From: Raillietiella orientalis | Lineage: Eukaryota | Length of the DNA: 64,000 nucleotides | NCBI GenBank assembly: GCA_036172245.1 | Contig: JAYWIR010000027.1 | Span: 186,001 to 250,000, forward strand | Direction of reading: 5' to 3' | Shown: positions 38,615 through 50,600 of the stretch, in pieces | How positions within the stretch are numbered: position 1 is the stretch's first letter | How the letters are laid out: each line of letters starts with the position of its first letter | Translations under genes and position numbers: made by a program | Notes under the pieces: model-generated | What the model saw: the letters and a program-made list of their open reading frames with translations, nothing else | What the model was told of the DNA's origin: nothing | Database searches by the model: none

Positions 38615-41600
38615 GTAAGCGGTCTTCCCAGTGGGCGGGGGGATGCCCGGACTTCCCGTCCACGGGTGCTCTGTCCCGGGCTCTCGGGAGGACCGGACGC
38701 GAGATCCGAGTTTCTCTTCCTGAAGGGACCGGGGTCGACCGACGTCCACGGCAGACAGAGGTCTCCACTCCTTCCCTCCATGGGCTGAAGGGCTGGAGGA
38801 GTGAATGAGGGACCTCGATCCCCACCGCTGCTTCTCACGTCTTTGCGAAGCGGGTTCATGACGGGGCGGTCTGCGTGGCAACGGCTCTCTCTCTCTCTCT
38901 CTGTGGGGCAACGGCCATCGGAACCGCTTCTTGGTGGGCGGAAGGGGGCGAATACTGCAGTGGACGAATGCAAATGCGCCAGCTAGCGGCCTTGAGCTAG
39001 CGGTGGACCGGCTTTCGTCGGAGAATGTCCCTCCGACACCGCGGTCGGCAGAGAACGCGGACTCTTTCGCGACGGGACACTCCCTCAGCTCAGTCCCTTA
39101 CTCCCTTTTTTCTAGTCTTCCCAGTCCCTCTTCTATCTTCGTTAGTGGGTCAGTCAACCTCTCTCTGAATTTTCGGGTCATCAGGGAGGGGGAGAGGAGG
39201 ATGCGAACCAGAAGCTCTTGTCCCGGGGAAGTGTCATGCGAAGCGCGAGCTGAGAGGGCAAAAGGGGCCATTTCCGTGGACATGGCGTTCATCCTCTGCA
39301 GGGAGGCTGTAAGCGTCCTCGGGAGTGTGGCTCCGCAGCATTCGCTCGTCGTTTCGTGGTGGCTCCGTGGTGACATCTGGTGACTCGCGCATCTGTGGTC
39401 GGGATCCCCGCGGCAGCCATCACCGTATCAGATCCCGGCTTCTTCCCCCTCCCTCCACCCCGCTTCCCGCCGTACTAGATGACCCGGAGTTGGGGGTGCG
39501 TTGAAGACCTCAAACAGGTGCTCCTTTCTCTTCACTCCCCTTCTCGAGCGGTGGATTCGTCCACCAGAGGGACCGTTTAGCCGTGGCTCTTCTTTTTGAA
39601 TCAACGCACCGTTGACCTTCGAACCGCGGGGATCCGGGAAGCGCGCGCGAGCCCCCGTCCAGAGCCAGCAGTTCCAGCTGCCTCCCTCGGACGCGGCAGC
39701 AACAACGACGGCGGCGAACAAGCAGGAAATAGCTGCAGCAGTAGCATTGGCGTTTTGCTGTGGAGGATGTTGGCGAGTCTCCAGTTCCGGCGTAAGGGCT
39801 TCGTGACTGGACGCTGCCTCCTGGTTCCTCGCCCGTTCTTCCGGTTCCTTCCATGGAAGGTGGCAGGTGTCGAGGAACTGGGGGGAAAGGACGGGAGAAA
39901 AACACTGGAGCGTTTCGACCCCGAGGAGAATGCGACAGGAAAACTCTCGCAACCTTCGTGGCGCTCCCCACTTCCTCCCCCCCCCCCTCGAGGGGGCTCT
40001 CGACCGCTCCTGAGCCGTCGGCGGTTCGCCGGGAGCTCCCGTTCCTCTGGGGGGGGGGGGGGGGGTTGGCGCGGCGGACGCGCTCATTCAGGCGGATCGG
40101 GGCGCTCCTGATGCCCGGAGCTGGGTCCTGAGGTCACGTGGCAACGGCCAGTGGCCTCGTCGGAACCGGTTCTTTTGGTGGTGGGTGGACGACCTTACTG
40201 CGGCCGACGAATGCGAATGCGCCAGCTCCCGGTTCGGCGCGAGGTCGGTCGTCTCCCGTCCCCCGAGGACCTCTCGCCGTTTTTTGCCCGGACGCTCTCC
40301 GAAGCGGGCAGCGATGACCGTCGACCCCCCCATCCGCTCTGGAGCAGCAGAGGACGAAGTTTTTTTCTTCCCACTTGGGGTGCTGGCCTGCGCGCGCTCC
40401 GCCGCCGTCTTGCAGTAGCCACGGCGCGGGACGTGTCTCCGGGAGCTCCCGCGAGCGGCGAGCACGTGGCGGAGGAGGGGCCACACGTCAGCGATGCATT
40501 CTTTCACCCCTCTTCTACGAGGGAGGTGCCTGTCCGAGGGAGGGAGGCGGCTCGCTCTCGTACGGGGGACTGTCTGTCGGGAGCGAGTCATCTCCTCCCT
40601 CCCCTTTCGTCCATCTTAGCCACTGCCACCGTGTCCTCCCTTTCCTCTTGCTTACCCTCGCCGACCCCTGTCGTTTCCCGGTCGCTTCCCTTTTAATTTC
40701 TTTCTCGCCCTTTGCAGATCAGCGAGCGTTCCCGCGCTTGCGGCACGCAGGATGCGCGACCTTGTGGCCGAGCATCCCTACGCTGGTTCGAGGGCCTGGG
40801 GTGATGGGAGGAAGGGGAGGCGTTCCCTCGTTGCCTTCCTGTCTCTGCCTTTGATCCCGCAAACACCGCGTTGCGAGTGACACTCCTTAGCAACAGTGCG
40901 CGAGCGTGAGGAGGTGAAGGGCAGGATGTCCAGAGCGAGGTTCTCCCGTGCTGGCCCACTGAGGGGCATCCAGAGTGTGAGCAGCCGCCCCTCCTCCTCC
41001 CTCCAGCGGAGGGAGACTTGCCCTTTGGAGAGCGATGTGCCCTATTTATCTTCCACCTTACGTGAGGGGAGCGAAGGGGAGGGGGGCGCGCAAGGAAGGA
41101 AGGTTTCCATCCTTCCTCCCCCTTCTTGTCCTGCCCTTACAGGCTAGGGATTGCTCCCTCCCTCACGGTGGAAGACCTGTGACCTCTCTCGCTCGCGGGG
41201 ACCGCGAAGAAGAGGAGTACCAGCGCCATCTCACCCGTCTCTCTCTCTTCGTTTCTTCTGTTTTCCGGCGCGTTGGTCCCCACTGGCAGATGGACAGTTC
41301 GATGGGGCGTTCGTTCGTCGGAGCAGAGGCAGGTCCGTCCAGGAACGGACAGACGGTCTCTTGGAGGATGCCCTTCCGCGTCCCCCACTTCCTGCTTGTT
41401 CACCGCCGCCGTTGTTGCTGCCGCGTCCGAAGGAGGCAGCTGGAACTGTTGGCTCTGGACGGGGGCTCGCGCTCGCTTCCCGGATCCCCGCAGTTCGGGG
41501 GCCAACGGCGCTGACTCAAAAAAAAAGTCTTTTGTGTGCGCTGAACGCGGGCACGGAGGTCGCGCGAGGAGGGAAGAAGCGGCGTAGGGAAGGAAAGGGA

Positions 41601-44600
41601 AAAACACAAAGGGCTGGGACACGCAGCCGTCGTCGTAACCGCTGGAGAAGCGCCGGAGCAGCAGCTGTCCCCGTCTCCCCATCTCTCCGAGGAAGCAGCG
41701 TGCATTCCCCTCCCCAGCTGCCCTATGCAATCCTTGTTTTCGGAGTGTGTCTGGGAGCGACCATCCGTCCGTGGTTACGCGAGGAACGAATGATGGCCCT
41801 TCTCAGGGACCACATCTCTGGAGCTCCCTTCTCTCATTGATGCCCGCAGAGATCGGGGATGAGGTGGGGAAAAGGAAGTTCCTTGAACCTGCGGAACGTC
41901 CATCTGCGCGCGATCAAAAAGTCGTTGCCGGTTGCTAAGTAGGATGACGACGCGCTTCCGTCTCCCGATCGCCTGCGGGGAGCGACGGAAAGGCGATCAG
42001 ACGAGCAGCATCTGCCTGACGGCAGGGCAGATGCGTCCCCTCCTTTCTCTCTCTCCCCGGAAATGTGATCCTCCTGAAGAGCGATCTCTCCACGCGGCAA
42101 GGGCGAGGGCAGGAGGAGGGAAGGAAAGGGCTCAGGACCATCCCCACGGACGTTCCCTACGCGCGCAAAATTTTCGCTGGAGCTCTCCACACTCCCGGGT
42201 GCGATGCTGAAGGAGAGCAGGGACTACGTCTTTCGTGGTTCGGTGTCCAGTTTTCGCTGCTTCTCCATTTTTCCGGTGGGATGTGCGGCGGAGTTTCCGC
42301 GCGGTTGCCTTGCGTGGGCGCATACGCCGGCGCTGACCCTCAACGCAGCTGCCGGAACGAATGCGGAGGTCCAAACAAAACACCTCAGAAACGTTCGTAT
42401 CGAGGAAGAGAGTGATTCATGTGCCAAGGAAAGGGGGATTTCTGCTCCAGCCGCGGCGACAAAAGGTCCCTTGGCCATTGGCGCGGGCGCGTTCCCAGTC
42501 TCCACGTGAGCGCTCCTCAGTCTTCGTGACACGAGATCGAAAATGTGCAGGCGTCCTCTTCGCGTCTCCCATCATCCAGTGAAGTGGTCAACTTGGGGAC
42601 GATTGATAGTTGATCCGTACGTTTTGTTTTTTCCTGCAACTCTCCCTGGGGGGGGGGGGGAGACAAAAACGAATGGGTTTCAGGCGCTTGCCGAAAGTCC
42701 TCGAGAGGCTGCAGTAAGGGGGGAATCTTGGAAAGTGCTTCGCTGCGTTTCTGGTGAGGAATGCTGCGAACCGCGCGTGTTCTCCGAGCTTCGCTGTTTG
42801 TCCCAGAGATGGTGCGCCGATCCGTGTTTCCGGTTACGCGCACGTCGGAAAGACCAGACTCTGGCGCTTTCTGAGGAAGGAAGGAAGATTTCGGAGCAGT
42901 GCGCGCGCTTTCAACGCTTCCCAACGGTTCCTACGCCGCCACGCTTCGTGGTTGCTGCAGGTGCTTTTCCGCGAAATCTCTGCACGCCGAGATGCAATCG
43001 GACGGGAGGTTTCGTTGTGTCGGGTGCGCGAAAGTCACATCGATCTGATCGTGCCTGAAATTTAAGGTGATCTCATGAGGCAGAGGCAGAATCCAGTAAC
43101 GAAGGATATTTGCATTTAAGTTCACATCACACTTGATGTTTTTTTGGCGTGCCCACCGGGAGAAACTGTCGCATCTCAGGCACACGTCGGGAGTTTGCAT
43201 CGCTGCAGGCAGGGCGAGAGTGGTTTCCATGGAGAGCGAGCCGGAGCAGGCCGTGCCCGCCTTCATCGACTTAAGCCGTGCACGTAAACTTCACGATGCT
43301 CCAGCAAAAAACGTGGCTCGGAGCCTTTCGAAACTTCATCTAAATGTCCCGACTTGTTTTCCTGTGTGTGTGCCCGTCGACAGACATCCGTTTATTTGTA
43401 TCCGAAAAAAACAAAAACAAACCAAAAAAAAGCAGTGCTGGTTTGCCTGTGTTGGGGTGGCTGTAGATTTACATGCATTACGTACGGATCTTTTTTTTGG
43501 TTTCGCTTCTGCTTTAATGACTCTCGCATTGGAGTGCAGTGATTTTTTCTTCTTCTTCTTCTTCTTCCAAGTACTCGTCGCCACGTTTGCAGAATTTACG
43601 TTAAGCTGTTTCCATTTATCTTCCGTCTCGATTTCCTCTTATTTGAGTGTCTCGAGAGACTACTACCGTTTGTGCGACGTTCGTTTTCAATTGCTCTTCT
43701 AAAGGAGGCATCCGTTTTCCTTTTCCAGCTTGGCAGCCAAGATTTTTGTTGTCTTCCAAGTCACCGGATCGGGTTTTTCGTCCTGGTCATAAACGGTCGT
43801 CTTCGTAGAGTGTCGTCAGCTCTGCTAACTTTGTGGATCCTTATGTGGCGGCAGCAATGGAGGGGAAGTTGAGGGGGGGTGGGCAACGAGTCGTCTCGAG
43901 ATACGTGGACTGTAGGCCCTACGCGGGGATCCGGAGACCCCCCACATCAGGAGAAATCCACGAGCGCGCCTGCGTGACCATACTCGGTTTGTGGACTCTT
44001 ATTTGCTCCCGGAATTCCCGAACAAAAAGCTTCAGCGCCTTCCATTCAGAAATGTTCCGAAATGCTGCTGCTGATGAAGAACACCCTCCCTCCTCCTCCC
44101 ATTCAGAGAAATTCATCCCGGGTGATAAAATTGCCCTCTTGCCTTTTTTGTAATGTCAAATGGATATTTTCTGGTGAAGTCCTTTTAACACTTCTGGGAT
44201 TCTGGGGTCTGTGGAGTCTTGGTTTGCTCGTAACCGCTGAGAGAGAATTGCATCTGCCATATTTTCTTCCCCCCGTCCGCCCGGCCGTACCGTGAAATCA
44301 CGTGGTAGTTCGCGGGGGTGAGCAGTCAAGGAACACGCCTGGGATGACTTGCCCCTTCGTGTCGTGACGCTTCATTTGCTGGGAAGCGCGGGGCATGCTG
44401 GGATTTTTCCGTCTCGTTTTCCTGGGGCCAGGTCGTTTCCTCCTCGCTTTGTGTCTTCGCTCTTGCGACCCGTGCGTGATGGGAACGCAAGAAACCTCCT
44501 CGGTGCGGCCGGCAGCACGAGGACATGTCCGCGTGTGCTGCTGGGTCATCGGCTTCGTGGCAGACACCGTCTCGAGCGCGCGAGCACTGCTCAGAGCTCC

Positions 44601-47600
44601 TCAAGAAGACCTTTCGGCGGCCCGGCACTGAGAGGGAAAGGTGTGCATCTGGCGGCGGCAGCATCTTCGCCGGAAAAGGAAACCGAACAAAAAGGAAGCG
44701 GCCACCTGCTTCCTCAGGGTGCTTGGACCCTGAGGGGATCAGTGCTGGGGTGGCGCACTCCTCATGGAGACTCTGCAGCCGCCGGCAGATGCATCGGAGG
44801 GGTGGGAGAGTGGATGCGGGACGAACCGCGGCGTCTCTTCGAAGCTGGGCGCATGCACCACCGTTTCATGAGGCCGCGAAGTCGCGGCTGGAAATCGCAA
44901 CCGGCCCTTCGATGGCGGGGATCGGAGGAGCAGACGGGGAACTGTTGCGGGAAGACTCCGGCAGGCGTCTTCCCGGCTTCGCTCCCTTGGCAGGAGCTCC
45001 GCCCGGGCTCCCTCAGAGAATTTCAGGGACGCGACGGCAGGCAGCAGCCTACCTGCCGTCGCTTCCTCCTGACGACGCCAGTTGTGCTCTCCCCAACGTG
45101 CTAAATACGCCGAAGAGAGCAGAGGAGGAGGCTGGCTGGAATGCGCGGCGGCGTCGGGAAGTCCTGTCGCCTTGGAACCGCGAGCGCTGTTGTTTGCGAG
45201 CGGAACCTTTCCCGACAGCTTTTTCCGGAACACGTTCCCGTACATTGTTTGCCCGCGTAAGGTGATCCGGACGTGTCCGGGAGAGGTGTGGTAGGGAGGC
45301 TCAGAAAGAAAGGCGAATTTCACAGTTGTTAAGGCAATGCGCGCGGAGCGGGGAGCGGCCGGGAGAATGAGGAAGGTAAGCTCTTTGGAAACGGTTTTCT
45401 TCTAGCCGGGCATTCATCCTGTCTTCCTGGTCACGCGTCGTTTCCCGGCCCACGTTTTCGTGTGTTTTTGTGGCGGTGTGATGCGTCTGCATGCCGGGCC
45501 GCATCTCGCCTCGTCTTGGCGCGACTCTTCGGGCTTCTCGTGGAAGGCCGGGAGCTTTTTCATCCGCCTCCCCCCCCCCCCTTTCCTTTCCCTTGCTGCT
45601 CCGGAATGCCGTAGTGAATTCTTCCGTCCATCCGCGCCCCCCGTTCGCCTTCCCCGGCTTGGCCACAGTGTCGCATGTGCCGAAGGCAGCGCGTCGTCGT
45701 TTCCCGAGTGACTCCTGGTGGTTTGCTCGATGCTGGGCCTGGGCCCCTGAGTGGGGGAAGGTCGCCAGAGAAGGAGCAGAGTTTCGTTTTGCTTTCCGTC
45801 GTCGACTGAGGACAGCTTCCTCAGCATGCAGCCCACCCCCGCTGCTCTCGCTACTGACTCTTCTCCAGTAATCCTACCTGTCTGCCACCGGTGTGTGCGT
45901 GCGCGCGCGTTTTTTTTTTTTTTTTGTTTGAGTACTTCGTGACGCGCCCAGATGTGACGTCAGCGGGACACTCGTGAGGCTCAGCTGTCGCGAATTTGAG
46001 CATCGCGCCTCCCGTCCAGAGTGTGTAAGTGGTCCACCAGCAAGTGTGGGCGCGCTCCCCCGTTCCCCGTGTTCTGCGAAAAAGAAGTTGTCCGGTGTTT
46101 CCGTTTTTTCCAACGGAAGTCGTGCAGTTCCGTCACGAGGTCCCTCCCTCTCAACAGCAAAACGCGAACGCTGCCGCCGCCCAGCGGGACCAACCGAGGC
46201 TGCGTCCGTGCGACGCAAGGAACGGTCCCGTTTCCCGTGTGGCGGGTTGTCCTCCACTGGAAGGAAAACTGGGGGTCCAAACCACTCCGGAAAGACAGAT
46301 GTCCTGTTGCGAGGTTGTCATAGGGCGACTCGCGACGCTGCAGGCTGTTCCTTTTCGTCATCCCCACCACATCGTCCGTGTGCGTGAGCGAAGATAGTTG
46401 ACCTGCGGAAGTGAAGGGTTGTAGGCGCCACCAACGCACCGTAAATCCGACTGCCGTCGGATTTACGGCAGTTTTGGTACGCGCATGTGCTGCGGCTTCG
46501 CGTCATGTGCTTGGGTAGGTCCATGACCTTTTGTCTTGGGTGACGCAGCACCTACAGAACATGTACGGCTCTCCCCCCCCCCGTTTTTTCCGAAGAGTTC
46601 CTCCCCCAGGAGACGAGGAAAAAATCAAGCGAGTGCAGCATCGTGTCTGGCCCTCGGCCATCCTCGTCTGCATGCTGCAACCCTTCAGATCTCCTCGTAA
46701 GCGCCTGCCGTTTGCTGGCCTCCCCCTGCCCTGCGCCCGTTTCCGGTCCCAAGTCTGCTGCTCTCCCCGAGCCATCCTGGTCGTCGCCGCAGTCCCGGCG
46801 CGGTACACAGAGAGTGAAAGAGCCAAACAGGAGCGTCGAAAGGCAAGAAAGGAAAGAGAAGTCGCGCGCTCACGGCGCCCTCGTAATTGGCCAAGTGCGC
46901 AGAAGAGGGGCGACCGGAGGTTGCGCCGCGCTCCTTGCCAGATCGTGGGCTGTAATTGTGGCAGACGGAAAGCGAAGAGGAGGAGGAAGCCAGAGGAAAA
47001 CGGGCGACATGGCGAATTTGGCCGAATCATTTCCCCGTGGAGCCCGGCTTCCGACCTGCGCTTCCAGAAGAGCCGTTCACGAAGATGACCCAAGGGGCTA
47101 TTAAAAGAGACTTCGGCCCTTGTGTTTATGTCGGTAGCCATGGTTTTCCCGTCCTTGCGCCCAGCTGCACCGGGGGGAAGGGGAAGCTGATTGGCCTGCC
47201 GGTGGTGCCGTCGTGCGCTGGTGGAAATCATGGCGTTGTCCCGGTGATTGCTGACTTTCTAAAATACACACACAAAAAAAAAACAACCAAAAAAAAAGAC
47301 AATGAAGTGGTACTGCGGCGCGGAGGCAATTTCCACGTCGCTCTTCTAGGAGTCTGCCAGCTCCGCTCTCACTTTCGACTGGACTTCGCGTACGGCCTGT
47401 TGGCCAATGATGGTCTTCCGTGAGGACGCCGGAAGTTTCGCGTTTGCTTGTGGTGGCAGTGGAGCGTCTCTTACGTTTTCGCGTCTTCTTCGTCGCGATT
47501 CCAGTTGCCTCCCCCATCTCCCCCACCGCACCGGGTTATCGTCCCTAATCCCGTTTTTTTTTTTCTTCTGTTCCAGCGAGATTCTGGATCGCGTGCTCCT

Positions 47601-50600
47601 GCTTTCGGAGGTCCCCTGCGCCGACCGCTACGTCAGCACGGGCTCCCTGGCCAAGCATGAGCACTGGTTGCTTCCCTCGGCCGGATCCTTGCAGAACGTC
47701 CACTCTCTGGAAGATCCGTCGGCGATGCCCTCCGGCTCCTCCGTGCTGATCCACGCGGCGGAGAGGCCCGCGGCCGCGGTCGGCTTCCGCCCCGCGGCCG
47801 CGGAGTACGCCGACGTCAGTGCCGACGACTATGTCTCCTGTATCCGGACGTCTTCCTACCAGCTGCTGCACAGGCAGCACCTCCCTTCGCTCGCGGGCCA
47901 GACGTGCGAGGACCTGGCGCTGCTGCCCTCGTCGCACGGGCCGCACGCGGACCACCTGTCGGACTCTGGACGCTCCACGATGGACTCGTCCCCGAAGCAC
48001 GACTGCCCCTGCAGCTCCGGCGGCGGCGGCTTCCCTTGCGACTTCCCGTGCGACTCGAGAGACCGGCGCTCTCCCCACTCCGTCTCCGACGGCGCCGAGG
48101 CGCTCAAGCCTCCGTTCCGGGGCGACCACGAGAAGTTCCCGTCGTGGCCCATGGCGGCGACGGCCGCAGTCCCGGGCGTGATGGGCAGGCTGTTTGCCGA
48201 CGAGACCCGCTCGTCGTCGTGGTCGGACCCAGCGGACTGCGCCGCAGGCCGCGGAAGCGGGCAGCAGCAGCAGCCCACCCGCCCATTACCTAGGAGGGCT
48301 CATGCATGCGCACTGAAGCCTGTGCTGGAGACGGCGAGGTCGGACACGGCGGAGAAAACCAGCCGCCCCCCATCTTCCTCCCGGCCCACGAGGACCCCCT
48401 TCCTGGACCAGCTGTGTGGGGAGCTGTCCTCGCCGAGCCACGCGGAGCGTGGCGGCCCCCCCTCGTGCCTGCTCCCGAAGTGCGGGGACCTCCACGATTC
48501 CTTCCGCATTCCTCTGGTGGGGAGGAGGTCTTACGAGACCCTGCCCAACCTGCTTGCGTGCGGCGCCTCCTCGGCCCACCAGAGGATGGCCATCCTGGAG
48601 CGACACTCGCAGTCCCTGTCCAGCGTTGCCGCGTCCAGATTTCCCGACGGCGTCCCGCCCTTCTGCCGCGGCGACGACCCCTCTCCCGACAAGCCCTGCG
48701 ACCTGTGCTCCGACCACGAGAGGTTCCGGGGTGTGGGCGACCCCGCCCTCAAGGTGCTGCAGAAGAAGGCCCTGCTTTCCTACTACGAGAGGAAGGTCGG
48801 CCAGTCCACAGTCCCTCCGGAGCCAGGAAGGACCTTCCTCTCTGCCGCTGCCGACAGGTGCGGCAGCGCTGTCTTCCCTTGCGCGGCCCTTGATGAGTTC
48901 AAGGCTGGCCACGTGGTGGACGTGGTGACTCGGACTTCCCAGAAGGTAAGACGACCCAGTTTTGCTGCTGCCTCTGTTGAATGCTTGCCGGCGCAGGGAG
49001 GAGCATCTTGGGAGTACGGTGGTGGTGGTGGTGGAGCGGGGGGGGGGGGGCAGAAGGCACCGGAAGGAGCTGCTCGGGAGTGGAGAACCTTCCCGTTATC
49101 GCGGAACACGGACTTCCTTCACGCGGCCCCGCGGGGTGGGTGGGCGGCCTCTGCCAGTCGTTTCTCGAAACTCTGAAGTTGGTCTCGCGTGCTTCCTTGG
49201 CTTGTGATCCCTCCGTCTGCGGAGAGCTCGGGTTGGCTGGGGTCACTGGGGGGGAGTCTCCAGTGACTACTGGCCTCGTTGCTTGTCGTGTCTTCGAGCA
49301 GGTCTTTGAGCAGGGACCAACGCGGTGCGGTTTCGCGACGGTGCTGACGAGCGTGGCGAGGGTGCGTGGGAGCGATTCGCCTCCGCCCATCGGCAAGTCC
49401 TCGCCAGCGGATGGCTGTTGTTGCTTCTGCTGAGTCTTTGGGGAGGGGGCCTCCCGGGTGAAGGGGGAGGCCGGCTTGAGATGGCAATTCCCATGATTCC
49501 GCCTTCGCCCCTCTCTTACTAAATGGGGGAACTCTTTGCCCTTCGCCAGAGCGCGCGAAGCTGAGCATCTTTCTCTCCCGCCATTCGTGCCCCTCCCCCA
49601 TTCAGTCCTCAGCCCCTGCTGGGCACGTACCGTCCGGAGCACCCAAGTCGTTCGGGAGGAACTCCTGGAAAAGAAGGAAGGCAAATGCGCTTTTTGCAGC
49701 GCCGAGGATTGTTGGACAGAAAGTTAAAACCGGAACACCCTTTCACTTTCGTTTGTCCTGTTCTTCCTCTCTCCTCCCGGCGCCGCGCTCCCTGGTCGAC
49801 GGGCAACTCGGGATCTCTCTCGTTCCGACCACCCCGAACTCCTGCCACCATTCAAGAAACAAATCGACCGACGAGGTCGAGGGGGGGAGGGATTGACGGA
49901 ACCTTCGGCGATTCTGGTCGCGCGCGGATCTCCGGGTTTCGCGCTGCGGAATTGCGGAGGAGAAACGGAGACGCGCGTGCGTGAGATTGGTGAGGGGGCG
50001 GATCCTCTGAAAGGTGCGCAGCTGGTCGAATGGGTTTGCCCGAGGAGAGGAAAAGTTCTTCTGCCGCCAAGCTCCAAACTCTGTCCGCAGGATTGTCCCA
50101 GCCGTAGTTCAGATCGGGAAGAAGGTGGCTTGGAGACCCCCCCTCCCCTTTTTTTTGTCTTGCCTATTTGACGGGAGGATGCCCGCACTGCAGCCTTCTC
50201 GGTCGCCCCGTCCCCACCTTGGGCCTCCGCGCGCCGCGGGGCCTCGACACGTGCTGCCGCGGACTCTTGCGCTCTTTCTCCAACGCCTTCCTCGCCCAGG
50301 GGCAAGCCGCGGTCATCCAGGTGCGTGCGCAGAACGGGCGGCACCCGCTTGCCCCTCTCCGTCTTCCTTCCCGTCAGCCTTGCTCAATGGCGCTGGTAAC
50401 GTTGTTTTCTTTCCAGATCCTCCCAGACGACTGCCCCCCTGCGGGCCAGGAGTATCCCTTCTCCATGACCGGGTAAGTCTTCGTCGTCCTGTTGGGCTGC
50501 CGTGGACGCTGATAGACGCGGATAGGAGAGGAGCCGCCGCCTCACTGAGCTGCCTCCCCTTGTTTTTTTCTCTCTCTATCCCCCTCCCCCAACTAGTAGG

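Noticed and set aside
43229..43283. Possible internal start exon MESEPEQAVPAFIDLSRA
   Set aside because: Donor (gtaaac) is weak and phase 1, incompatible with the 47577 acceptor.
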